From NCBI GenBank assembly GCA_963792585.1, contig CAWBWI010000003.1:1268292-1332291 (forward strand): a stretch of DNA of 64,000 nt. The letters run 5' to 3'. This DNA is from Candidatus Eiseniibacteriota bacterium (GTDB lineage: Bacteria > Eisenbacteria > RBG-16-71-46 > CAIMUX01 > VGJL01). A program made the translations under genes and the position numbers. Positions 9,287 to 19,900 of the stretch are shown here, in pieces; position 1 is the stretch's first letter, and the number at the start of each line of letters is the position of its first letter. The notes under the pieces were generated by a model. The model saw only the letters and a list, made by a program, of their open reading frames with translations, was not told the origin of the DNA and searched no databases.

Positions 9287-12127
9287 TCAATCCATCAGGA
9301 TCATCTTTCGTGCGGTCGCCTGTCCGGCCGCGCGGAGGCGATAGAAGTAGATCCCGCTGGCGGCCCGCCGATCCTCATCGTTGCGTCCGTCCCAGACAAC
9401 AACGTGGGGACCAGCATCGAGCGGCGAGGAAACCAGACGACGGACCACGCGCCCGGTGACGTCCAGGATCTCGAGTTCCGTCTGACATGCCTGTGGGAGC
9501 GAGAAGCTGATCTGCGTTTGAGGCTGGAATGGGTTGGGCATGTTCTGGCTGAGTTGCAGGAACGCGCCACCGCTCACTGCAGATTCGATGACATCGGCAG
9601 GGGCAATGCAGGATTCGAGATAGAGCTGAGCGAAATCCACGCCGGTGTCGTCCGCGACGATCAGTCGCAACTGTCCGTCGGCCAGGAACGGCAGAAGGTT
9701 GATCGGTCCGGTAGCCGTTGGGAGGGCGGATAGATCCAGCAAGAAGGTTGCGGTCTGACCGGCGTTCCACGTTCCGCCGGCTCCCGGCAAGAGGCGAATC
9801 GCGCTGCCCCAGCCCGCCCACGTCGCCGGGCAGCTGGTCGGGTCGAGGAGCTCCAGCGCAATGATGTCATTGAAGGTGCCGCCACTGCCCAATCCGGTCG
9901 TACCGCGCACCCGGACGGAGAGGAACGCACGTGTCGGCGGAGTGAAGGTGAACGTGTGGGCGATCCACGCGTTCGCGGGGACGCTGCCCTCACCCGGAAT
10001 CTGATCGAAGTTTGCCAACGAGACACCCCAACAGCTCGCGATCCAACTCGTGAGGCCGGCGTCCGGCGATGCCGGGTCAGGCGTCACGAAGTTGTCGAAC
10101 GCGCCGGCCAAGAGCTGATACTGGAGCGGCTGCGGGCAGGGAGGGCAGCAGCAGGCCGTCTCGAGCTCCATGTAGTCGATGTTGCAGTCATCTTGCGTGA
10201 GGATGTCCAGACTTCCCGTCGTCAAGAGCGGAAGGATGTTCACGGTGCCGGTTGCGGTTGGCAGCGCCGATAGATCGAGACAGATCGTCCGATCCGTTCC
10301 GTTCCATCCTGGGATCAGGTCCATGAGGTGGCGTCCCCAAGCCCACGTCCCCGTGCAACTTCCTGGAAGGCCGAGGCAAATGTAGTCGGTGGTGTACAAG
10401 CTGCTCTCCGAACGCAGCTTGATGCAGAGCTTTGCCGACTGGACACCCGTGGAGCAGGTGTTGCACAGATTGAAGCTCTGGGCAAACCAACGATCGGAGC
10501 CGGTCTGATCGAAGTTCCGCAGGGGGGGATGCGTCGGCGCGCACGTGGCCATCCAGTTGGACAGCGCTGCGCTCGGCTGGGCAGCCTCGGATCCAACGTA
10601 GTTGTCTTTCGTCCCCGCGATCTGCGTCGAGAAGTACTTCCGCGGGCAGGTCTCCGGCGAACAACAGGTCGTGATATCCAGACGCACGAAATCGAAGTCC
10701 GTGTCGTCCTGTGAGAGGAACTCCAGGCTTCCGCTCGCCAGCAAAGGCAGGAGGTTGATCCCGCCAGGGAGATTCGCAAGGTCGAGGCAGAAGAGCTGTG
10801 ATTCTCCGGTGGTCCATGTGCCCCCGTTGCCGGGGAGGTCCTTGACGAATGTCGAGAAGGCAGAGTGTGGAGCGACACCGCCGCAACCGGGTTGGTTGAT
10901 CAACTTCAGGTTTATCGTATCGTTCGCAGGGTCGCTACCCAAGGCGGTAGCTCGGAAGCACAGGTTCGCCGCCAACACCTCGCAAGCGGGGAAATTGAAC
11001 GTATGGAGCCGCCATCTGTTGATCGTTGCATCATCAAAACCGGCCGCCGCCAGATAGCCGGGGAAGCACTGTTGCATGAAGGCATTCAGAACGAGGTCCG
11101 GGCTCATGGGGTCGAACCCACCACCGAAGTTGTCATCTACGCCCGCAGTCACGGACGAAGCGAAGCCGGTCCCCGGACACCCGCCGCAAGTGTTGCACGT
11201 GAGTGTTCCCAGGTTGCCGTAGCACCGGCCCGAAGGCCACGGAACGGTCCAAGGTTGAGTGCAGGAGGGGCTCGTGATACTCCAGTAGGCCCCTGCATGA
11301 ACGCCGGAACATCCGGGGATACGTGTGCGGAACCTACCGAAGATGTCCGTGATCACGGACTTGGATCCGACGAGTCCTCCGTTGTCATGGAACTCCACAG
11401 TGGCCTTCGCGATCCTGAGCGGGGATCCGTCATCGCAAACAAGGCGGCCGCGCAGTTTCCTGAAGAGGGACAGGCCGAAGCTGGCGTCATACGGTTGGCC
11501 GAAGACGGTCTGACATGAAGTCCACTGTGGAAAGCCGAAGTAATCGCTGCGGAACTGGCTGTCGAGGCCCGTCACGGCCCCGGCCGCCAGGCGTCCCCAC
11601 TGCGGTGGGTAGACATGGTCGTCCGCCTGGACGCTCAGCCAGTATCTCTGATCCGGCTCCAGGGGAACATCCACATCCGCCGCGTAACTGTAGAGCGGGA
11701 ACGCTCCCTGGTTTCCGACGAATGTCTCGGTGACGGATGGGAGCAGCCACTCGGCGATGACGGAGTTGGGCTTGCCTTCACTGTCATCGTACAGAACGAT
11801 GTTGAAGCCTTGGACATGAGGGTTGCCCGGCGTGTAGTTGAAGTACCCGCCCCACCACTCGATTCTCCCGAGATCGAGCTCCTCGCCGACGACGAAGTCA
11901 TTGGCGACCTCGGTCTCCACTCCGTCGGCGCCGATCAGCTCCGAAGAAGCGATCAATCCGTTCAAGTTGGGTGGATCCATCCAGGTGGAGTCGGGGTCAT
12001 CGGGTCGGGTGAGGGCCGTGAGAATGCTGCGCGGTCCGAGTCCTCCCGCCGAAACTTGTGGTTCCGCCGCGCTGGCGGTCGATCCTACGACAACGAGCGC
12101 TAGAAGCGCGCCCCATATCACCTTCAT
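9287..12127 (-). CDS. Large secreted Cys-rich protein with three tandem ~175-aa repeats and FlgD-Ig/T9SS-like CTD
   Basis: Signal peptide MKVIWGALLALVVVGSTASA; three repeats AGxxDN[FY]...LDLxxLP...N[LI]LPxL..G.L...DD...D[FY]; C-terminal QNMPNPF...WDGRNDEDRRAASGIYFY. Confidence 0.88.
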   Translation of the reverse strand: MKVIWGALLALVVVGSTASAAEPQVSAGGLGPRSILTALTRPDDPDSTWMDPPNLNGLIASSELIGADGVETEVANDFVVGEELDLGRIEWWGGYFNYTPGNPHVQGFNIVLYDDSEGKPNSVIAEWLLPSVTETFVGNQGAFPLYSYAADVDVPLEPDQRYWLSVQADDHVYPPQWGRLAAGAVTGLDSQFRSDYFGFPQWTSCQTVFGQPYDASFGLSLFRKLRGRLVCDDGSPLRIAKATVEFHDNGGLVGSKSVITDIFGRFRTRIPGCSGVHAGAYWSITSPSCTQPWTVPWPSGRCYGNLGTLTCNTCGGCPGTGFASSVTAGVDDNFGGGFDPMSPDLVLNAFMQQCFPGYLAAAGFDDATINRWRLHTFNFPACEVLAANLCFRATALGSDPANDTINLKLINQPGCGGVAPHSAFSTFVKDLPGNGGTWTTGESQLFCLDLANLPGGINLLPLLASGSLEFLSQDDTDFDFVRLDITTCCSPETCPRKYFSTQIAGTKDNYVGSEAAQPSAALSNWMATCAPTHPPLRNFDQTGSDRWFAQSFNLCNTCSTGVQSAKLCIKLRSESSLYTTDYICLGLPGSCTGTWAWGRHLMDLIPGWNGTDRTICLDLSALPTATGTVNILPLLTTGSLDILTQDDCNIDYMELETACCCPPCPQPLQYQLLAGAFDNFVTPDPASPDAGLTSWIASCWGVSLANFDQIPGEGSVPANAWIAHTFTFTPPTRAFLSVRVRGTTGLGSGGTFNDIIALELLDPTSCPATWAGWGSAIRLLPGAGGTWNAGQTATFLLDLSALPTATGPINLLPFLADGQLRLIVADDTGVDFAQLYLESCIAPADVIESAVSGGAFLQLSQNMPNPFQPQTQISFSLPQACQTELEILDVTGRVVRRLVSSPLDAGPHVVVWDGRNDEDRRAASGIYFYRLRAAGQATARKMILMD

Positions 12128-12473
12128 CGAAAGTCCCCCTTCGTTCGCCATTGTCGCTGAGGTGAATCGCCTCTCGACAACCGTCCGGTTTTCGAATGAT
12201 TTCGGGATCCGAGGGCTCGATCACTGTCGCAAGTTCATGACGTCCGGCCAACGGTCGGTTCGTCCACGGATCCCGCTTGGCAAATTGCGTTCGTGTCGAC
12301 ACGGCGCAGTGCGATTGACCATGGGATACGGATCGGTGGGGGGAATCTAACTGGGAAACGACAATGCTCGGGCGATAGGTTCAAGTGAGCGAGTTCACGC
12401 TCGCTTCTCGCGGGGGCGTGTTCCCGAAAATGGGCTCGATGAAGAATGGGGGGGGAAGTTGCTCGGGCTCCGA

Positions 12474-15029
12474 TTACTTTTGCGCTGAATCCCCGGCGCG
12501 CAGGTCTCCCGGATCCCCGACCAGCACAAACGCGGCCCAGAGTGCCGGGTTCTCGAATGGACGGCTTCCGTCGGGATCGCGGAACTCCCGGAGCCAGCGC
12601 TTGGCCTCTTGCAGGGCGAGCGGTCTGGACATCGGAAGTCCCGTACCGCCCGAGCGCCTGTCCGTGTAGGAGCCGGTCAGATTCTCGTAGAATCGCTCCA
12701 TCAGGAGGGCGGTGGCCCTGTCATCGACCGACCAGAGGGCGACGAGGAGGCTTCTGGCTCCCGTCAGGAATAGAGCCTGACAGAGGCCACTCACGGGCTC
12801 CGTAAAGTAGAAGGCTCCGACGTCGCTTCTGCAGGAACTCAGGGTCACGAGGTCTGCATTCAGGTGCCACGTTGAGAGGATGTCCTGCGGCCGCAGGCAG
12901 TCGCGTTCGTCGCCATCCGCCGATAAAGGTGTGCTTGGCAGAGTCCCCGGCCCTAGTGAGAAGACGAGAGCGGACTCCATTGGACGGGTTCCCGACACGA
13001 CGGCATGCGTCGCGATGTGAATGAGATCGAATTCCCGCAACGAGTCCGACGCTGCCAACCGTAGCAGACCTGCTTTCTGTCCTCCTCCACCCAGCACAAC
13101 CGTCGTGCCCCGAAACAGGCGCGCGAGGCCGCGGATCTCGTCTCTGACGCCGGGCAAAGAGCCCAGGCCGATGCGACTCGATCCCGCGGATGGATCGCGG
13201 GATCCGAGGACGGCGACGCCCGGTTCCTCGCCGTGATCACCCCCGACCAGGAGAGCGCGCCACGATGCCTGTGGCCGTTGGCGGCGATGCGCTTCATGCA
13301 TGCGGACGAAGAGCGTGGAGGACGGAATGTAGGAGACCTCGAAGCGATCGCCGAGGAACGTTCCCGTCGAATCCAAGAGCGACTCGAGGGCGGCGCGGTG
13401 AATACTTCCCGCCTTCACGACATAGATCCGGCGAATGCCGCCCAGGTGCGGGATGAGCGGGGTGATGCGCTCCGTGTATGCCGCCCGAGCGAGCGTCATG
13501 AGTTCGGTGTTCATCGGCGCATGCAGGGGCCACTCTCCCGAATTGCGTAGTGTTGTCATGTACGAACTCATCGTGACACTCCGCGCTCCGTCCGGGGATC
13601 CTGGCGGCGCGTCGACTCTGACCCACGCGATCGGACAGGAGGCGCGGATGACATACCCCCAGTACGGGTAGTCGATGACATCGGAGCGGTTGCGACTGCC
13701 CTCGAGCCATCCCATCACCGCGGCATCGGCGGGGAGGATCCGCTGAAGCTCCTGGACGGAGCAGAATCGGGAGTCGGTGGGTGGATCGAGGTCGGCCCAT
13801 TCCATCGCGCTCGAGGAGTCGGGGGGAATGAGCTGATCGAGAAGAGACCGGCTCAAACCCCGTTCGAGCGAACTCCAAGCTCTGTCGCTCTTCCCCTGCA
13901 TCATCTCGAACATGGCGACCTTCCACCAATCCGCGAGGCCGTGATTCGGGGGATACCCCTTCAGCCCTTCCCGAAGGAAGTCCTCGTGGAGCCGAACCGA
14001 GGCGAGGGCGTACCGCTCCGCTTGCTCGAAATCGCCCCTCCTCTCGAATGTGTCGGCGCATAGGCTGAGGATGAGCGCTCGACTCTCGGGACTGACGGCG
14101 TTGGGCCGCGATGCGACGATCCGAGAGGCCGATCGCAAATAGGGTTCGGCATTTGCCCAGTGACCGCGCTGAAGGTGCACCAGTCCGATCGAGCACAGCG
14201 CCTCGGCGATCTCGGGGTCATCAGGGGGGAGCAGCCGCCGACGTATTCGCAAGCATCGGTCGAGGAGTTCGAGCGCGGAGTCATAGTTCCGTTCCGCCCG
14301 GCGCACGTCCGCGAGGTCGTGGAGACTCTCGCCGACCTCGAGACTCTCGTTGCCGAAAAGGGTGCGCCTGAGATCCATGGCCTCCGTGTGCAGGGATTCC
14401 GCCTGGTCGAAGCGGTAGAAGTTCTTCGCGGAGCGACCTAGGGCGGCCGCGCTCTCCGCGACCAGCGGATGTCGATCACCCAAGATGGCCCGCCGAATAT
14501 CGTGGCCCTGCTTGCGCAGCGCGGAGGCTCCCGCGCGATCTCCGCGCAGATACCTGATCTCTCCCAACGTCATGAGCGATGCGGCGGCGTCGACGTGATC
14601 CGACCCCAGGAGACGTTGGCGCGTGTTGAACTGCCGTTGTGCCATGTCGTATGCGCGGCGATAGCTGCCGCTCAGGATCAGGTCGTGGATCGTCCGATCC
14701 GCGCGGTCCGCCTCTGCCAGTGTCTCCCGGCACGAGTCGGGCAGAGCCGCCGCAAGATCGCACGTCCGGATCAGGCGGTCCGCGTCCTCTCGCTTCCAGG
14801 ATGGCACGTCGGGAACGGTTCCCAGCCCTTCGGCGAGGCGAATGGCGAGACCCATGGCCTCGTCATAGCGTCCCGCCTCGCGCAGGTCCTCGACGCCGTC
14901 CGCTCGCGCAGCCTTCGTGGCATCGCGTGGAGCGGTCGCCGGCTGGACCAACAGAGCCGAGAGCAGAACGACGCAGAGCCCAATGGCCCGAACGCGGAGT
15001 CCTCGAATCGTCATGAAAGAACGTTCCAT
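12474..15029 (-). CDS. TPR-CHAT domain (caspase-like, clan CD) protease with N-terminal signal/TM segment
   Basis: Kinesin-light-chain-like TPRs (LLGSDH, ILGDRHP, LFGNES, LLPPDDP). CHAT motifs SYIPS, LPGVRDE, IHIATHA (His), LVTLSSC (Cys), LWSVDD and WAAFVLVG. Start codon uncertain. Confidence 0.9.
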   Translation of the reverse strand: MERSFMTIRGLRVRAIGLCVVLLSALLVQPATAPRDATKAARADGVEDLREAGRYDEAMGLAIRLAEGLGTVPDVPSWKREDADRLIRTCDLAAALPDSCRETLAEADRADRTIHDLILSGSYRRAYDMAQRQFNTRQRLLGSDHVDAAASLMTLGEIRYLRGDRAGASALRKQGHDIRRAILGDRHPLVAESAAALGRSAKNFYRFDQAESLHTEAMDLRRTLFGNESLEVGESLHDLADVRRAERNYDSALELLDRCLRIRRRLLPPDDPEIAEALCSIGLVHLQRGHWANAEPYLRSASRIVASRPNAVSPESRALILSLCADTFERRGDFEQAERYALASVRLHEDFLREGLKGYPPNHGLADWWKVAMFEMMQGKSDRAWSSLERGLSRSLLDQLIPPDSSSAMEWADLDPPTDSRFCSVQELQRILPADAAVMGWLEGSRNRSDVIDYPYWGYVIRASCPIAWVRVDAPPGSPDGARSVTMSSYMTTLRNSGEWPLHAPMNTELMTLARAAYTERITPLIPHLGGIRRIYVVKAGSIHRAALESLLDSTGTFLGDRFEVSYIPSSTLFVRMHEAHRRQRPQASWRALLVGGDHGEEPGVAVLGSRDPSAGSSRIGLGSLPGVRDEIRGLARLFRGTTVVLGGGGQKAGLLRLAASDSLREFDLIHIATHAVVSGTRPMESALVFSLGPGTLPSTPLSADGDERDCLRPQDILSTWHLNADLVTLSSCRSDVGAFYFTEPVSGLCQALFLTGARSLLVALWSVDDRATALLMERFYENLTGSYTDRRSGGTGLPMSRPLALQEAKRWLREFRDPDGSRPFENPALWAAFVLVGDPGDLRAGDSAQK

Positions 15030-15320
15030 CGCATCCCCAAGCGGAGGAGAATCAGCGGCCGCTTCACATCCGGGTATGTAACAGTTCCGAGGCGCACCGG
15101 CTTGATCTCGACTCCAGCAGGGCAATGCTAGGGGAGCGACGACGAAAACGATTGTGGAAGTGTGGGGTATAAACAAAACTCACCAACCATGCCTCTCGGA
15201 TAAGGGTGGGATCTGCGAACCGAGCGGTTCTCGATTGTGCAGAACTTCCCATCCGGCTATGGTCGCCGGTTGATTCGGCAACCGACCATCGGCGGCGACA
15301 GTGGAGGACGGCTGGGGGAC

Positions 15321-16103
15321 ATGGAGAGAAACTCGGGCGCGGCAGGTCCGATCGAACTGCCGAGCCCCCAAACGGAAAGTGAAGGCTCCGGACCGCTATG
15401 GGCGGGTGAGATTGCCCAGCTCTGCCGGCATCTCCCGCCCGCCACCCGAATGGACGAGCCGATGGAACTCCTTGAACGGCTGTGGCTTGTCGTCAACCTA
15501 GCAGTTTGTCGATATCTACGAATTCACAGCGCGCGCTTCGCCTCGGTGCGTCCGGAAGATATCGAGGATCTCGGCTCACAAAAGACGTTAGAACTCCTCG
15601 AGAGAATCGTCTCTGGTTCATGGGACCTGTCCAACCGAACGGCGGCTGAAATTGCCGCCTATATCTCGGCATCGGCACGGAACGCTCTGCTGGATCAAGG
15701 CCGTAGGGCAGTGCGGTTGGTCCGACCGGAAGATCATGAGTGGGAGCGGACGATGAGCGAATCGACACCGGAGTCGCTTGGGAGCGCTCGGAACGATGAT
15801 TGGGTCGATGCGGAAGCGTTCTCCCGCGATCTGCTGGGTTGTCTTGCAGGCCTTGCGCCGCGTGCGCGTCTCGTCTGGTTCTTTCGAGCATTCTATGAGC
15901 TCTCCAGCCGGGAGATCGCCGAACATCCGAGGATCAAGCTCGAGGTCGGACACGTGGACGTTCTGATGCAACGCACCCGAACTGCCATCCAGCAGTGCCT
16001 TCGGAAGGCAGGACACGAGGCCACCGAAATCCCGGCCGGCGTCTATGCGAGAATCTGGGATGTGTCCCGAACCTGGGCCCAGACGGAAGGGAATGACGGG
16101 TGA
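15321..16103 (+). CDS. ECF-family RNA polymerase sigma factor
   Basis: Region 2 (EDIEDL..., AYISASARNALLDQGRR) and region 4 (CLAGLAPRAR...LSSREIA...RTRTAIQQCL). Start uncertain. Confidence 0.82.
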   Translation: MERNSGAAGPIELPSPQTESEGSGPLWAGEIAQLCRHLPPATRMDEPMELLERLWLVVNLAVCRYLRIHSARFASVRPEDIEDLGSQKTLELLERIVSGSWDLSNRTAAEIAAYISASARNALLDQGRRAVRLVRPEDHEWERTMSESTPESLGSARNDDWVDAEAFSRDLLGCLAGLAPRARLVWFFRAFYELSSREIAEHPRIKLEVGHVDVLMQRTRTAIQQCLRKAGHEATEIPAGVYARIWDVSRTWAQTEGNDG

Positions 16104-16891
16104 TGAGCCACCACCCAGACGACGACCAGTTGCTGGATCTGGTTCTCGATCTTCTGCCGCGGGAGAAGGAAGGGCATGTTCTCGATCACGTCGCCCACTG
16201 CCGTGCCTGTGAATCCAGAATGCGGAGCCAGGCGGGAGAGATGGAGCGCCTCGCACCGGAAGCTTCCGCGGCAGTGCTGCGACACGCCGCAATTCTAGGT
16301 GGGACTCAACATCGGGTTGGCGCCTCCGCCGCGCGTCGAGGCCTGTCGGTTGCAGAACGGATCCGTGGCTGGTTGGGTAGGCCGTGGACCGTTCGAAGGC
16401 TCCTGCCGGTGGGCGGGCTCGCGGGAGGCCTGGCCCTGCTCCTGATCCTCGTGATTCCGCGGGACCCGACGCCCGAATCGCAGCTCGAAGCCAATTGGCT
16501 GCCGTCGTCTCCCGCCCTCGTTCAGCGCGGAGGCACAAAGGACAATGCCCTGTCGGGGCGGCTGGCGGAGGGGCTGGCGGCCTATTATCGGCACGACCTG
16601 GCGAATGCGATCCGGAATTTGGAAGAAGCGACCGTTCCCTACGAACTCGAGCCGTTTCGAAGGCTCTACCTCGCCAACGCGCTCACCCTGTCCGGGGACT
16701 ATGCCCAGGCTGTGAAGGTCCTCCGGAAGTACTCGCCCGACTTTCTTCCGGAGCCCTGGGCCACGGAGGGGAACTGGACGCTGCTGGTGGCATTCGAACG
16801 GTCGGGGCGGCGCGCCAGCGCCGACTCTTTACGCCGACTGCTCTCCACGCGCCCCGGCCAGATCGGGGAGCGGATCCGGCGCTTGCGCTGA
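16100..16891 (+). CDS. zf-HC2 membrane anti-sigma factor with extracytoplasmic TPR-like domain
   Basis: HPDDDQL...HVAHCRAC (Hx3Cx2C); TM segment GGLAGGLALLLILVI; TPR-like helices after it; start overlaps the sigma stop (GTGA). Confidence 0.85.
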   Translation: MMSHHPDDDQLLDLVLDLLPREKEGHVLDHVAHCRACESRMRSQAGEMERLAPEASAAVLRHAAILGGTQHRVGASAARRGLSVAERIRGWLGRPWTVRRLLPVGGLAGGLALLLILVIPRDPTPESQLEANWLPSSPALVQRGGTKDNALSGRLAEGLAAYYRHDLANAIRNLEEATVPYELEPFRRLYLANALTLSGDYAQAVKVLRKYSPDFLPEPWATEGNWTLLVAFERSGRRASADSLRRLLSTRPGQIGERIRRLR

Positions 16892-16960
16892 CGTAGACGA
16901 CGGATCGTACCCTTTCTGGTACCCTCCTTCGATGCACGAAGCGAATTCAACTGACCGGCG

Positions 16961-19900
16961 TTGGAGCCTTCTCTGATCCCGGAAGGAGATAAGGGGCCGG
17001 AGGGACCGGCGGGAGACCCGGCGTCGCAGCTGCCGTCCGAGGATCCGTCGCAGCACGATGCGACGGTCGATCTTCGCATGTCCCCTCCCGCCGGTGCGCC
17101 GACTCCGGCGAACCCCGATCAACCCGCGGCAACGCAGGTCGGCCGCTATCCGATTCTGCGGGAACTCGGCCGAGGCGGAATGGGGGTCGTCTATCTCGTC
17201 GAGGATCCGACGCTCGGTCGCACCGTGGCACTCAAACGGGTTCCGGAATCCCTCGCCCAGGATGCGGCCCGCCTCGAGCGCTTCCGACAGGAAGCGCGAC
17301 TCCTCGCGTCCCTGAATCATCCCAATATTGCGACCATCCACTCTCTCGAGGAGGCCGACGGGGTTTGCTTTCTCACGATGGAAGCCATCGCCGGGGAGAC
17401 CCTCGCGGATCGTCTGAAGCAAGCTCCCCTTGCCCTCGAGGAATCGTTGCGGATCGCGCGTCAAATCGCCCGGGCAGTCGAGACGGCCCACAAGCGGGGG
17501 ATCGTGCATCGGGACCTGAAGCCGGGCAACATCATGTTCACCCCCGATCTCGATGTGAAGGTGCTCGACTTCGGCCTTGCGTCGTTCGCGGACGGGACGG
17601 GCGTATTCGGCGGATTCGGAACCGAATCCGAGTCCACCGTTTCCGAGGTTTCCGGGACGCCGGGGTATATGAGCCCTGAGCAGATCGAAGGCGCCGCCTC
17701 GGATCCTCGAATGGATGTCTGGGCTTTCGGCTGCATCCTGTTCGAATGCCTCACGGGTGAGCGCGCCATCCGCGGGAAAACCCTCATGGAGAGGATGCGA
17801 AGCACCTCGGCGGACCGGCCCGACCTGAACCTCCTTCCCACGACCTCTCCCGCCGCGCTTCGGGAGATGCTCAAGCGATGCCTCGCCCACAGCGCCGCGG
17901 ATCGATCTCCATCCATGTCGGAGCCGAGGCAGGTCGTCGAGGAGCTTCTCGCGGAACTCACGTTTCAGCCCGGCCGGTCGGATCCTTCCGAGGACCGCGG
18001 CGCAATTCCGAACAATCTTCCCCGGCACGGCTCCACATTCATCGGGCGGACCGCCGAGGTGGCCGGGGTGGCGAATCTGCTCGCCGATCATCGGCTCGTG
18101 ACCTTGACGGGCATCGGGGGTGCGGGGAAGACGCGGCTCGCGCTCCGCGTGGCGGAAACGCTGCTCGGGACGACTTACGACGGTATCTGGTTCGTGGAAC
18201 TGGCTCCCCTCTCCAGTTCCGAGGACATCGCCGGCACGATCATGGTCACCCTCGGCATTCCGGAGTCGCTCGACCGCACGCCGATCCAGGCCGTTTCCGG
18301 GCACCTGGCGGCGAGGCGGACCCTTCTGGTGATCGATAACTGCGAGCATGTGATCGAAGGAGCGGCGCGGATCGCGAGCGCGCTCCTGCGGGACGCGCCC
18401 GGCCTGCGAATTCTCGCCACCAGTCGCGAGCGGCTCGCCGTCGATGGTGAGGTCTGCTACGCCACTCCGTTGCTCGAGTTGCCAGATCGATCCGGGCCCC
18501 TCGACGTTGCCGCGGCGGCGCGATGCGCCGCGGTCGAGCTGTTCCTCCAACGGGCCCGGCAGGTCGGCGCGACGATCGAGTTGAGCGAGTCGAATGCGCC
18601 GGCGATCGTCGAGATCTGCCGTCGGCTCGACGGAATCCCCTTGGCCATCGAGCTCGCGGCCTCACGTCTGAAGATGCTGGGGGTTGAGGATGTCCTCCGC
18701 CGGATGGACGATCGATTTCGCCTCCTGACCGGAGGAGCCCGGGGAGATCTCCCGCATCATCGCACGCTGCGCGCCCTCATCGACTGGAGCTACGAGCAAC
18801 TCGACCCCGCGGAACAGGCTCTCATGCAGCGCCTCTCGGTATTCGCCGGAGGCTGGACGCTGGAGGCCGCGGAGGCGGTCGCCGCCGGCGGCGAGGTGAA
18901 CGGCTGGGACATCCTGGATCTCTCCTCGCGGCTGGTGGACAAGTCCCTCATCGTGGCGGATGCCGCATCTTCCGACGGAACAACCCGATTCCGAATGCTG
19001 GAGACGGTGAGGGCATACGCCGCCGAGCGACTCGAGGGTGGGGACGAGGGGGCGGAGATTCGCCGGCGTCATCGAGACTACTTCGTGGCGCTCGTCACCC
19101 GGGCGGAGCCGGAATTCACCGGCAAGGAGCAGGCCAGGTGGTACTCGCGAGTCGCCGCGGAGCACGATGAGATCCGCCGGGCCTTCGAGAGCTGCCGGGA
19201 GCCCGACGCGGATCCGGCCATCGGTCTCCGTCTCGCCGGTGCCCTCTTCCGTTACTGGTTCACTCGGGGACACTGGACCGAAGCCGATACCTTGTGCCGC
19301 GAGGTGCTCCTCCGGGCCAACGCACTTGCTCCAACCGCGGACACGGCGAAGGTTCTGAACAGCATCGGCGCGGTCGCAATCCATCGGGGACATCTCGACG
19401 AGGCGCGGCGCTACTGGCGGGAGACGCTCGACGTCTGGACGGCACTCGACGATCCGGCGGGCATGGGCGCGGCTCGACTCAACCTGGGCAACGTCTCCTA
19501 TAGCGCCGGCGACTATGCGTCGGCAGCCCGCGACTATACCGAGAGCCTCGAGATCTACCGCCGTCTGGATCAGCCCGATGGAATCTGCCGGGTACTCATC
19601 AGCCTGGGCAATGTCGCCCTTGCGCAGGGGGATTACGAACAGAGCCGGACCTACGCCCGGGAGTCCGTGGAACGGCTGCGGCGAATGGGCCACGCCGAGT
19701 TGACCGCCCACGCGCTGATCACGCTCGGAACCGCCGAGGTCCGGCTGGAGAGAAACGAAGAGGCCGCGCAGCACTATCAGGAGAGCCTCGAGATACAGAA
19801 GGAGCTGGGAGATCGACGGAACATTGCGATCGCCACGATCAACCTCGCGGTTGTCTTCCTCGCGGAGAAGCGCTTCTCGGAAGCTCACGCTCGCTTCTGT

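Noticed and set aside
16829..19888. Long antisense ORFs (573 aa and 408 aa) opposite the kinase gene, and similar shadow ORFs across the window
   Set aside because: Expected from GC-rich codon bias; no recognisable motifs.
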